Shown here: piece after piece, positions 1-9,434 of the stretch | How positions within the stretch are numbered: position 1 is the stretch's first letter | Layout of the letters: each line of letters begins with the position of its first letter | DNA from: an uncultured Pseudomonadales bacterium | GTDB lineage: Bacteria; Patescibacteriota; Microgenomatia; UBA1400; PJMF01 | Assembly: GCA_964449995.1 (NCBI GenBank) | Contig: CAYVBW010000002.1 | Coordinates: 3,394-52,317, forward strand | Length of the DNA: 48,924 nucleotides | Direction: 5' to 3' | Notes under the pieces: model-generated | Database searches by the model: none | What the model was told of the DNA's origin: nothing | Seen by the model: only the letters and a program-made list of their open reading frames with translations | Position numbers and translations under genes: made by a program

Positions 1-45
1 TATTAGAAACTATTCCCAGCAAAAATCTTTGTAGCTGAATTTTAT

Positions 46-900
46 TCATAAAAATTGCTTATTTTTCAAAATCAATGTGTTTTCTAGCAAACAAGCAATT
101 GTCATAGGCCCAACACCACCCGGAACAGGAGTAATAAAACCAGCCACTTGCTTAACTGATTCAAACTCAATATCACCTACTACTTGCCCATTTAACCGAT
201 TAATCCCCACATCAATTACGATTGACCTTGGCTTGACCATCTCTTGAGTAATTAAGTTCAAGTGACCAACAGCAACCACCAAAATATCTGCTTGTTGACA
301 AGCTTTAGCCAAATCTTGGGTACGACTATGGGCCATGGTGACGGTGGCATCTTCTGCCAGCAACATCAAAGAAATCGGTTTGCCCACCAGCTGACTGCGA
401 CCAATAACCACTGCTTTTTTACCTGCAATAGTAACATTAGTACTTTTGATTAGTTTTAAAATCCCTTTGGGAGTACAAGGAGTCAAAAGCTGATCCAGTG
501 CCGGTAATTCTTTTAGTGCCATCATCTGCCCCATATTTAAAGGATGCAGGCAATCAACATCTTTGCTAGGGTCAATTGCTTGAATGATTTGATCTTGACT
601 GAGGTGCTTAGGAAGGGGCATCTGCACTAAAATGCCATGAATTTTTGGGTCATGATTAAGTTTCTTGATTTCCTTAATCAGCATTTCCTGAGAAGTATCT
701 TTAGATAAAACTATTTTTTTGGAATAAAAACCTACTGCCTGACAAGCTTCTTCCTTATTCTCCACATAAATTTTAGAGGCAGGATCAGAGCCAACTAATA
801 TAACCGCTAATCCTGGTCTTTGCTCCATTTGCTGTACCTGCAAAATAATTTTGTTTTTTAACTCTTGCGCTATCTTTTTACCGTTAATAAGAGTGGCCAT
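46..900 (-). CDS. folD: Bifunctional 5,10-methylene-THF dehydrogenase / 5,10-methenyl-THF cyclohydrolase
   Basis: 284-aa ORF with FolD-like motifs LAVILVGSDPASKIYV, HGILVQMPLP, VIGRSQLVGKP, PVPGGVGPMT. ATG start, TGA stop. Confidence 0.9.
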   Translation of the reverse strand: MATLINGKKIAQELKNKIILQVQQMEQRPGLAVILVGSDPASKIYVENKEEACQAVGFYSKKIVLSKDTSQEMLIKEIKKLNHDPKIHGILVQMPLPKHLSQDQIIQAIDPSKDVDCLHPLNMGQMMALKELPALDQLLTPCTPKGILKLIKSTNVTIAGKKAVVIGRSQLVGKPISLMLLAEDATVTMAHSRTQDLAKACQQADILVVAVGHLNLITQEMVKPRSIVIDVGINRLNGQVVGDIEFESVKQVAGFITPVPGGVGPMTIACLLENTLILKNKQFL

Positions 901-921
901 GATTAGGTTTTGATTTAATTT

Positions 922-2553
922 TTAAAACAGCCCAACTGCTTGGCCTTGTTTGTTAATGTCTATTTGCTCTGCTGCTGGTGTTTTGGGCAAACCAGGCATT
1001 CTTAATATGTTGCCAGCAATAATTACAAAAAAATTTGCCCCCTGATTTAATTTAACTTCTTTAACTGTTATTTTAAAACCCTTGGGTCTACCCAACAACT
1101 TAGGGTTATCAGACAGTGAAGCCTGAGTCTTTGCAACACAAACCGGTAAATTTTTAACGCCCCAATTTTTATAGCGTTTAATATTTCTTTTGGCTTGAGG
1201 CGACCAGTTTACACCATCAGCTCCATAAATTTCTCTTGCTAACAACTCCACAGCTTTTTTAATACCCATCTTGGGATTATATAAATAATCAAAACTATTG
1301 GGCTGCTTTGCTAATCTCAAAACCTCATGTGCTAACTCTCTTCCTCCTTGTGAACCCCTGGCCCAAACATCAGAAACAACCAACTTTACTTGCCTTTGTG
1401 CGCAGTAATCAGACACCACCTGTCGCTCTTCAGCTGTATCTGAAGAAAATTGATTCAATGCCACAACCACAGGTAAACCAAATTTTTTTAAATTATCGAT
1501 GTGTTTGCCCAAATTTTCTATTCCAGAAGTTAGATAGCCTCCTCCATGATGCTTAAGAGCTCTAATTGTAGCCACCAACACTATCGCATTTGGTTTTAAA
1601 TCACCCAACCTACATTTAATATCAAAAAACTTTTCAGCTCCTAAATCAGAACCAAAGCCTGCCTCTGTCACGACGATATCCGATAATTTTAAAGCTAGTT
1701 TAGTGGCCATTAGAGAATTACAGCCATGGGCAATATTAGCAAAAGGACCACCATGGATTAAGGCCGGCGAGCCTTCTAAAGTTTGCACCAAATTTGGTTT
1801 GAGAGCATCCTTTAAAAGGACAGTCATTGAACCAGCCGCTTTTAGATCTTTAGCTGTTATAGGTTTTTTGTCATAAGTTTCAGCTACAATAATTTCTTCT
1901 AAACGATTTTTAAGTTCTTCCAAAGAGCTACTTAAACAAACAATAGCCATAATTTCAGAAGCGACACTAATAATAAAACTGTCCTCTCTTACCAGCCCGT
2001 TGCCAGCTCCCAAACCAACAACTATTTCACGCAAACTTCGGTCAGAGATATCTAAACAGCGTGGCCAATTAATTTTTTTTGGATTTATACCCAATTTATT
2101 ACCAGCATAAATATGGTTATCTATCATTGCTGCTAGTAAATTATTTGCAGCACCAACAGCATGGATATCACCTGTAAAATGAAGGTTTATTTCCTCCATA
2201 GGTAAAACTTGAGAATAACCTCCTCCAGCAGCTCCGCCCTTAATGCCAAAACATGGACCAAGAGAGGGTTCGCGCAAACAAATCATTGATTTTTTACCCA
2301 AGCTCCACAGGGCTTGTCCTAAGCCTACAGTGGTCGTGGTTTTGCCCTCACCTGCTGGTGTTGGGGTCATGGCAGTCACTAATACTAATTTACCGTCTGG
2401 TTTTTTATCCAAATCCGTCCAAATATTTTGAGATATTTTAGCCTTATACCGACCATATAGCTCCAAATGACTCTGATCTATACCAATCTGTGTAGCGATT
2501 TCTTTAATTGGCTTAAGATTGGCTTCTTGAGCAATCTGAATATCAGTTTTCAT
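922..2553 (-). CDS. fhs: Formate--tetrahydrofolate ligase
   Basis: 543-aa ORF. Nucleotide-binding segment TPTPAGEGKTTTTVGL, and length and overall pattern typical of FTHFS. 21 nt upstream of folD on the same strand. Confidence 0.92.
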   Translation of the reverse strand: MKTDIQIAQEANLKPIKEIATQIGIDQSHLELYGRYKAKISQNIWTDLDKKPDGKLVLVTAMTPTPAGEGKTTTTVGLGQALWSLGKKSMICLREPSLGPCFGIKGGAAGGGYSQVLPMEEINLHFTGDIHAVGAANNLLAAMIDNHIYAGNKLGINPKKINWPRCLDISDRSLREIVVGLGAGNGLVREDSFIISVASEIMAIVCLSSSLEELKNRLEEIIVAETYDKKPITAKDLKAAGSMTVLLKDALKPNLVQTLEGSPALIHGGPFANIAHGCNSLMATKLALKLSDIVVTEAGFGSDLGAEKFFDIKCRLGDLKPNAIVLVATIRALKHHGGGYLTSGIENLGKHIDNLKKFGLPVVVALNQFSSDTAEERQVVSDYCAQRQVKLVVSDVWARGSQGGRELAHEVLRLAKQPNSFDYLYNPKMGIKKAVELLAREIYGADGVNWSPQAKRNIKRYKNWGVKNLPVCVAKTQASLSDNPKLLGRPKGFKITVKEVKLNQGANFFVIIAGNILRMPGLPKTPAAEQIDINKQGQAVGLF

Positions 2554-2594
2554 AGAAATTTTTTCTTGCTTTTATTGTAAAAATTTATCAAAGA

Positions 2595-3926
2595 TTAATT
2601 TTGAACCGGAATTGGAAATTTTTTACACAATCCTTTAATTTCTTTAGCCACTTTTTTGACTACTGACGACTGACTTATAATTTCTTCGCGAATAGGTGCT
2701 TTTTTCTCATCTGCTAAAGTAAATTGCCGCTCCTGCTTAATTCTGGCAACATCATTGATAACATCATTAATGTACCATGCAATCAATTCCATTTCCTCAG
2801 TTCCCATACCCCTAGTAGTAACTCCAGGCGTACCCATTCTTATCCCAGAGGGATAAAATGGTGAATTTGAATCATTTGGTACAGAGTTACGATTCAACAC
2901 GATATTAGCCGCTTCTAAAGCCTCTGCAGCCGTATTGCCCAATATTTTTTTATTTGTTAAATCAATCAAAATCAAATGAGTATCACTACCTCCAGCTATT
3001 AATTGGAAATCATATTCCAGTAAGGATCGAGCTAAAACTTGACTGTTCCTTATAACCTGAACAGCATATTTTTGAAAATGGAGGGTTTGAGCTTCTTTTA
3101 GAGCAACAGCTATACCTGCTATTGCATTAATGTGCGGGCCACCCTGCAGGCGCGGAAAAACTGCCTGATCAACCTTTTTTGCTAACTCAGGATTTTTTCG
3201 CAAACCCTTATCAGTTACCATAATCAAAGCTCCCCTAGGACCTCTCAGGGTTTTATGAGTAGTTGTGGTAATAAGATGCGCATAAGGTGTCGGGCTAGGA
3301 TAAACACCACCTGCAACCAAGCCAGCCAAATGTGAAATATCAGCCAACAAATAAGCTCCTACTTTATCTGCAATTTTAGCAAACCTAGCCCAATCAAGCT
3401 GAAGTGGATAGGCTGTGATACCTGCCACAATTAATTTTGGCCTTTCTTTTAAAGCGATTTTTTCAATTTCTTCATAATCCATCTGTCCATTGCTACCAAG
3501 CTTATAGGTCACACTTCTAAAGAAAATCGCTGACGCAGAAACTTTTGAACCATGGGTTAGGTGGCCCCCATGGGCTAAATCCAATCCCATCAGCTTGTCT
3601 CCAGGATTAAGAACCGCAACATAAGCTGCTAAATTAGCTGGTGAACCAGAAAGCGCCTGAACATTAGCATGGGGCACCTTAAAAACTTTCTTAGCTCTGT
3701 CAATAGCTAATAGTTCTACCTCATCAATAAATTCTTGTCCCTGATAATAGCGCTTGCCAGGATAACCTTCTGCATATTTATTGCCCAAACAAGAACCAAC
3801 AGCCTCTAAAACTGCTTGCGATGCCATGTTTTCTGAAGGAATCATCATTAAGGTTTCTTTTTGACGCTGTTCTTCTGATTTAATTAAAGAAAAAATTTGA
3901 GAATCTGTTTTTTTTAAATATTTCAT
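2595..3926 (-). CDS. glyA: Serine hydroxymethyltransferase
   Basis: 443-aa ORF. SENMASQAVLEAVGS, GYPGKRYYQG, and TTTTHKTLRGPRG (PLP-lysine region). First gene of the glyA-fhs-folD run. Confidence 0.93.
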   Translation of the reverse strand: MKYLKKTDSQIFSLIKSEEQRQKETLMMIPSENMASQAVLEAVGSCLGNKYAEGYPGKRYYQGQEFIDEVELLAIDRAKKVFKVPHANVQALSGSPANLAAYVAVLNPGDKLMGLDLAHGGHLTHGSKVSASAIFFRSVTYKLGSNGQMDYEEIEKIALKERPKLIVAGITAYPLQLDWARFAKIADKVGAYLLADISHLAGLVAGGVYPSPTPYAHLITTTTHKTLRGPRGALIMVTDKGLRKNPELAKKVDQAVFPRLQGGPHINAIAGIAVALKEAQTLHFQKYAVQVIRNSQVLARSLLEYDFQLIAGGSDTHLILIDLTNKKILGNTAAEALEAANIVLNRNSVPNDSNSPFYPSGIRMGTPGVTTRGMGTEEMELIAWYINDVINDVARIKQERQFTLADEKKAPIREEIISQSSVVKKVAKEIKGLCKKFPIPVQN

Positions 3927-4060
3927 TAAGGCTAACCTATCTTTATAAATAATTAATATTTAAATTATTACGAACTGAATTATAACTCAATAGAGTAGAC
4001 AATTCAGCAGTGGCCAGATAAAAATACTCTATTTACTGTCAAAAAGTTATAATATGAATT

Positions 4061-4639
4061 ATGTCTAATCAACAGCATGAACTGACTGGCAGCAAGCAAA
4101 ATTTAAGAAAAAAATTTAGTACTCAACTTAATAACTTAACCAGTGATCAAATCGAGCAATATTCACAACAAGTTATTTTTAATTTAAAAAAATTACCTCA
4201 ATTTCAACAAGCTGAAAGTTTTTTCATATATATATCTCATGGCAATGAGGTTAAAACCCATAATTTAATCACCAAACTGTTGGCAAATAAAAAAATAGTT
4301 ACTGTTCCAAAAATTATAAACAAGAATCAGATGATCCCAGTAAAAATTAATCATTTTAACTCCTTTAAGAGGGGTGGATTTGGAATTTTGGAGCCTATCG
4401 CTTCTCAAGCCTATGTTAAAAAAGTTGATATTTGCATTACTCCTGGACTTGCTTTTAGTAGAAAATTAGAGCGGCTGGGAAGAGGTGGTGGCTTTTATGA
4501 TCAATATTTAAACAATAATCCTAGCACTTTATCAATTGCTCTAGCTTATGATTTTCAGGTAGTTGAAGAACTGCCCACAAATTCTCAAGATCATAAAATT
4601 AAATTGATTGTTGCGCAGTCGGGGGTCATCTCAAAATAG
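4061..4639 (+). CDS. 5-formyltetrahydrofolate cyclo-ligase (MTHFS family)
   Basis: 192-aa ORF. ITPGLAFS...LGRGGGFYD C-terminal motif and length typical of 5-FCL. Divergent from glyA. Confidence 0.75.
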   Translation: MSNQQHELTGSKQNLRKKFSTQLNNLTSDQIEQYSQQVIFNLKKLPQFQQAESFFIYISHGNEVKTHNLITKLLANKKIVTVPKIINKNQMIPVKINHFNSFKRGGFGILEPIASQAYVKKVDICITPGLAFSRKLERLGRGGGFYDQYLNNNPSTLSIALAYDFQVVEELPTNSQDHKIKLIVAQSGVISK

Positions 4640-4755
4640 TCTAATCTAGATAGTCCCTTTTACTTTCTTCTAATAAAGGAGTAAAATTGAATGTTCGCTG
4701 AGGAAAATTAATGTCTGCAGTCAGACTAATTCCATTAAGTCCCTAGCCAAATAAA

Positions 4756-6585
4756 ATGAATCAAAAGAATATTCGAAATATTGCTATTATTGCCCATGTT
4801 GACCACGGTAAAACCACCTTGGTTGATGCTATGCTTAAGCAAACCCAAACTTTTGATGCTCACCAAAAAGAGATGAGTCAATCTACTATCTTGGATAGCA
4901 ATGAGCTTGAAAGAGAAAAAGGGGTAACAATTCTTGCTAAAAACACTGCTGTTAATTGGAATGGATATAAAATTAACATTCTTGATACTCCCGGACATGC
5001 AGATTTTTCAGGTGAGGTTGAACGCGTTTTGAATATGGCTGATGGCTGCATCTTGCTGATTGATGCTGCAGAAGGAGTCTTGTCTCAAACTAAATTTGTT
5101 CTTAGCTTAGCTTTAAAACTTAAACTAACCCCCATTGTTATTATTAATAAGGTTGACCGTAAAGATCAAAGAGTAAAAGAGGTGGAACAAGAAGTAATGG
5201 ATTTATTTTTAGATCTGGCAGATGATGAAAATCAGCTTGATTTCCCAATTCTTTATGCCAAAGGCATTATTGGTATAGTTGGATTTGAAATTAATCTTGA
5301 AAGTGATCAGTCTTATTACATTAAGGATAGCGATAACCTTCAATCTTTTTTTAAAACTTTAATTGAAACAATTCCTGCTCCTAAGGGTAATCCTGACGCA
5401 CCTTTGCAAATTCAAGTTAATTCTTTGGATTGGGATAATCATTTAGGAAAAATTGTAATTGGTAAGATTTTCAATGGATCAATTAAGGCAGGAGAAAAGA
5501 TTTGTCTAATTAAAGCTTCTGGCGAAAAAGTGATGGCTAATGTTGATTATCTATTTATACATGAAGGCTTGAATAGAAAATCAGTTAATAAAGCAGCAGC
5601 TGGAGAGATAATTGCTTTAGCTGGATTGCCTGATCCTCAAATTGGAGAAACAATTACCAACCCAGAACATCCAGAAGCACTACCTCAGCTGGAAATCAGC
5701 GAGCCAACAGTTAAAATTCAACTATCGGTAAATACTTCACCTTTTGCCGGACAAGAAGCCCAATTTTCTACCTCCAGACAGCTTAAAGACAGGTTAAAAA
5801 AAGAGCTTGAAACTAATGTTGGTCTCAAAGTAATTCCCAATCAAGAAAATGATGGCGTGACTTTAATTGGACGAGGTGAACTTCATTTGGCTATCTTAAT
5901 TGAAACGATGAGAAGAGAAAGTTATGAATTTTCATTATCTCGTACTGAGGCAGTACTAAAAGAAGATAATGGACAGATTCTTGAACCTTGGGAATACGTC
6001 ATTATAGAGGTCCCTAAAAAGATGACTGGAGATGTAACTGCTGCTATGTCAAAAAGGAGGGCTGTCTTAATAAATATAAAGCAAGTTAAGCATGGTAGTC
6101 GGTTTGAATATGAAATTGCCACTGCTAACTTAATTGGATATCGGCAGGAACTTTTGACTACCAGTTCAGGCGAAGGAGTTATCCATAGTACGTTTTTAGA
6201 ATTTAGATCCCAAGGTCCTCAAGCGGAATGGCATCGAGGAGGGGCTATTATTGCACAGCAATTAGGTCAAACCACAGCCTATGCTCTGAATAAGACACAG
6301 CAAAGAGGTAAAATGATTGTTGATCCTGGAGAGCAAGTTTATGCCGGGCAAGTGGTTGGTTTTAATAAGCGAAGCGAAGATATGGTTATGAACGTAGCTA
6401 AGGGCAAAAAACTAACAAACATGAGAGCTGCCAGTGCAGACACCATGGTTGTTTTAGCGCCTGCTTGGAAACCATCCCTAGAACAATTTTTAACATTAAT
6501 CGCAGCTGACGAAATGCTGGAAGTCACGCCCAAATCATTAAGATTAAGGAAAAAGAATATTGCCAGCTCCTTGAAAAATTATTAA
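4756..6585 (+). CDS. typA: Translational GTPase TypA/BipA
   Basis: 609-aa [30 protein letters not shown] and NKVDR G-motifs. EF-G-like domains without domain IV, as in BipA. Confidence 0.9.
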   Translation: MNQKNIRNIAIIAHVDHGKTTLVDAMLKQTQTFDAHQKEMSQSTILDSNELEREKGVTILAKNTAVNWNGYKINILDTPGHADFSGEVERVLNMADGCILLIDAAEGVLSQTKFVLSLALKLKLTPIVIINKVDRKDQRVKEVEQEVMDLFLDLADDENQLDFPILYAKGIIGIVGFEINLESDQSYYIKDSDNLQSFFKTLIETIPAPKGNPDAPLQIQVNSLDWDNHLGKIVIGKIFNGSIKAGEKICLIKASGEKVMANVDYLFIHEGLNRKSVNKAAAGEIIALAGLPDPQIGETITNPEHPEALPQLEISEPTVKIQLSVNTSPFAGQEAQFSTSRQLKDRLKKELETNVGLKVIPNQENDGVTLIGRGELHLAILIETMRRESYEFSLSRTEAVLKEDNGQILEPWEYVIIEVPKKMTGDVTAAMSKRRAVLINIKQVKHGSRFEYEIATANLIGYRQELLTTSSGEGVIHSTFLEFRSQGPQAEWHRGGAIIAQQLGQTTAYALNKTQQRGKMIVDPGEQVYAGQVVGFNKRSEDMVMNVAKGKKLTNMRAASADTMVVLAPAWKPSLEQFLTLIAADEMLEVTPKSLRLRKKNIASSLKNY

Positions 6586-6600
6586 ACTAAATTTTAAACT

Positions 6601-7458
6601 TTAAGTATACTCCTGAATTACGTTGCTTAAATCAATCTCATGCTGCCACTGATTTATTAAGGTTTTTTCTTTTAGCTGAACCAATTGTTCGTGGTAGGCT
6701 GGAATATCTTCATTTTGAAAATAAACCCCAGTAGCAATTTTTTCCCTTTCAGAGCTGCTTAATTCATATGCCTTCTGCCAATCTTTTGGGTCATGATCCT
6801 TTAATTCTATAATGTTTTGTTTGTACCAATCAAAATCATGATCCTTGTTAAAAGTAATGCAGGGCTGAATAATATCTATTAAAGAAAATCCACGATGCAT
6901 AATCCCTGCCTTAATAATTTCCTTGAGTTGCTGATAATTTCCTGAGTATCCCTGAGCCACAAACGTCGTCTGCAAAGAAAGAGCTAATTGTAAAGGATTG
7001 AGGGGAGTTTCAATTGAACCTTCTGGGGTTGTTTTAGTAACAGTGTTTTGTGGAGAGGTAGGGGAAGCTTGCCCAGTGGTTAAACTATAACGCCAGTTAT
7101 TGTGTACTAAAGTGGTGATATCGTGGTTTCCCCTGGCGGCAAACATTAAATGATTGGCGCCTTCCCCATATAAATCACCATCTCCTCCAACCACAATTAC
7201 CTTCAAATCATGATTGGCTAACTTTGCACCAATGGCATTGGGTAATTCCCGACCATGCAAAGAATGAATTCCATAAGTTCTATTAAAATCAGCTTCATTT
7301 GGCCCACACCCCACTCCATAAATAATTAATACTTCTTCATGGTTGAGCTCTAATTCTTCCAGTGCTGAATGAAAAGCTCTTAAAATCCCAAAATTTCCAC
7401 AGCCTGGACACCAAGTAGGGGTAATTGAAGATTTAATAGTTTTTTTTGTTATTTTCAT
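6601..7458 (-). CDS. 2-oxoacid:ferredoxin oxidoreductase, beta (TPP-binding) subunit
   Basis: 285-aa ORF. N-terminal WCPGCGNFGI and the GGDGD...G TPP-binding motif. 3 nt downstream of the alpha subunit. Confidence 0.85.
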   Translation of the reverse strand: MKITKKTIKSSITPTWCPGCGNFGILRAFHSALEELELNHEEVLIIYGVGCGPNEADFNRTYGIHSLHGRELPNAIGAKLANHDLKVIVVGGDGDLYGEGANHLMFAARGNHDITTLVHNNWRYSLTTGQASPTSPQNTVTKTTPEGSIETPLNPLQLALSLQTTFVAQGYSGNYQQLKEIIKAGIMHRGFSLIDIIQPCITFNKDHDFDWYKQNIIELKDHDPKDWQKAYELSSSEREKIATGVYFQNEDIPAYHEQLVQLKEKTLINQWQHEIDLSNVIQEYT

Positions 7459-7461
7459 AAA

Positions 7462-9240
7462 TTATTTACCGGTAAAAGAAAGTCTTCCCATTAAATTTTT
7501 CTTTTCACTATTAGCTGAATTTTTCTCTAAATTAGTTAGGGATTCCACTAAATCCTCTGCATAAAAAGGACGGCCATCAAAGCGTCTAATGCGATCATCC
7601 ATTCCTATCCCTGTTTGCTGTTTTATCCAAGCTTCTCCTTGACCATCAACGTTACCCTCGACCATGATTAATTTTTGAGAGGTTGAAGTCAGTTGCTTAA
7701 AACTTTCAACTGGAAATGGATGCATACAGGCAAGATGAATCGCGTTCACCTTTTTATCTAAGGCTTTAACTGTTTCTCTTAAAACATTTATAGTTGAACC
7801 CCATCCGACCAATGTTATCTCTGCCTGATCTGAGCCTATTAGTTTCGGTTGAGGCAATTCTTGTAAAATTAGGCTCATTTTTCTGGCTCTCTTATTTACA
7901 GATTTTTCAATAGTTTGAGCGTCTTCAGTTGCAAATCCCCATTGATCGTGCTCATAAGAATTTGTTAATTGCAAACCAAACTCTTGCCCTGGGATACTGC
8001 GTTTGGAGATTCCCGATTCTGTATCTAAATAACGCAAATAGCTTTCATCGGCGGATAATTCTGATTTATCAACCATGCTCTGACGTTCGTTAATAAAGAC
8101 CATATCAGGAGCAGGCATAGTTTGATGAGACTCTAAAATATATTTATCAGACAAAATAACAATTGGCAGTTGGTATTTTTCAGCTAAATACATAGCTTTT
8201 TGTGCTAATTGAAAATGCTCTTCAACCGTACCAGGTGTTAAAACCACTTTGGGGAATATGCCATGTCCTGCTGTTAAAACGAAAGATAAGTCGCTTTGAG
8301 CAGTCCAGGTTGGTGCGCCCGTAGCTGGACCAGTCCTTTGTCCTTCTAAAATAACCAGTGGTATTTCAGCCCCTCCAGCAAAAGCTAAAGCCTCAACCAT
8401 CAAAGCAAAACCTCCACCTGAACTTCCTGTCATAGCTCTTGCTCCTGCTACAGAAGCACCGATAGCTTCGTGAATAGCACCAATTTCATCTTCAACTTGC
8501 TTAACTACAATCGGCAGCTTGTGTTTGTGTTCATTTAAAAAATGGAGTAATCCAGTAGAGGGAGTCATAGGATAGGCACTATAAAACTGCAGCCCCCCTG
8601 ATAAAGCCCCCAAACCAAGGGCTTCGTTGCCATTTAACAAAATGTTTTTATCCTCCTGAGGAGTAATGCTAAATTTACTATCAATAACTTTACTTGCTTC
8701 TAAATAACCCCTGTCAAAGGCAGCTAAATTTTTATCAATAATTTCTTGAGAATCAAAGGCGTCACCAATCACTTGTTTACAAATATCAGGATCAAGCCCT
8801 ATTGCTAGGGCTGAAACTCCTAAAGAAACAGTGTTGGCTGCCAGTGTAGTACCTGTAATTTCTTTGGCCCAGGAAGCCAAGGGCATTTGTTGAATCCTGC
8901 CCTGATATATATTTTTAATTTCCTCACTTAACTCTTCAAAATCAGAATTATAAATTATGATTGTGTCATCAGTAATTTCCTGTTTGTGGACTGCAAAACT
9001 TTCTTGAGTGTAAATGACGATCACATCTAATTTTTTACGCTGGCAAGAAGCACAGGTAAAATCTGCACAGACTTGGCCAGTTTGGTGACCGCCTTTAATT
9101 AAAGAAGGATATTCCAGATAATTAAAGGCCTGCATGCCATGGCGTTTTGCCATTTTAGCCATCAACATAGAAGCTAACATCACACCATGTCCGGCTTGAC
9201 CAGTGATTTTCCAATTGAATGAAGGTTTATCCTGACTCAT
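7462..9240 (-). CDS. 2-oxoacid:ferredoxin oxidoreductase, fused gamma-alpha subunit
   Basis: ATG at 9240 (the ORF track starts 6 nt upstream at a TTG). The N-terminal ~190 aa are gamma-domain-like (ITGQAGHGV...), followed by alpha-domain motifs SAYPMTPSTG and SSGGGFALM. Confidence 0.85.
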   Translation of the reverse strand: MSQDKPSFNWKITGQAGHGVMLASMLMAKMAKRHGMQAFNYLEYPSLIKGGHQTGQVCADFTCASCQRKKLDVIVIYTQESFAVHKQEITDDTIIIYNSDFEELSEEIKNIYQGRIQQMPLASWAKEITGTTLAANTVSLGVSALAIGLDPDICKQVIGDAFDSQEIIDKNLAAFDRGYLEASKVIDSKFSITPQEDKNILLNGNEALGLGALSGGLQFYSAYPMTPSTGLLHFLNEHKHKLPIVVKQVEDEIGAIHEAIGASVAGARAMTGSSGGGFALMVEALAFAGGAEIPLVILEGQRTGPATGAPTWTAQSDLSFVLTAGHGIFPKVVLTPGTVEEHFQLAQKAMYLAEKYQLPIVILSDKYILESHQTMPAPDMVFINERQSMVDKSELSADESYLRYLDTESGISKRSIPGQEFGLQLTNSYEHDQWGFATEDAQTIEKSVNKRARKMSLILQELPQPKLIGSDQAEITLVGWGSTINVLRETVKALDKKVNAIHLACMHPFPVESFKQLTSTSQKLIMVEGNVDGQGEAWIKQQTGIGMDDRIRRFDGRPFYAEDLVESLTNLEKNSANSEKKNLMGRLSFTGK

Positions 9241-9434
9241 AATCAACTTTTTAAAAAGGTTTTTAGTTCTAGCTACGAAAAATTTATATAAAATTAATGT
9301 GTGATAGACATTCCTACTTTAACGAAACGAACTGCTTGAGTCAAACCGACTTAAAGTGAATATGTAATTAATATTTGACAGTTAAACTTCAATTTTCTTG
9401 ACTATATTTAAATTTGAAATTTTAAACTAGTAAA

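Noticed and set aside
3927-4060. ZTP (pfl) or THF riboswitch upstream of glyA-fhs-folD, the classic regulon of those riboswitches.
   Set aside because: The leader is short and extremely AT-rich. It lacks the conserved GGGUCGUGACUGGCG / CCGCCUGGGCA (ZTP) or THF-type GC-rich cores.
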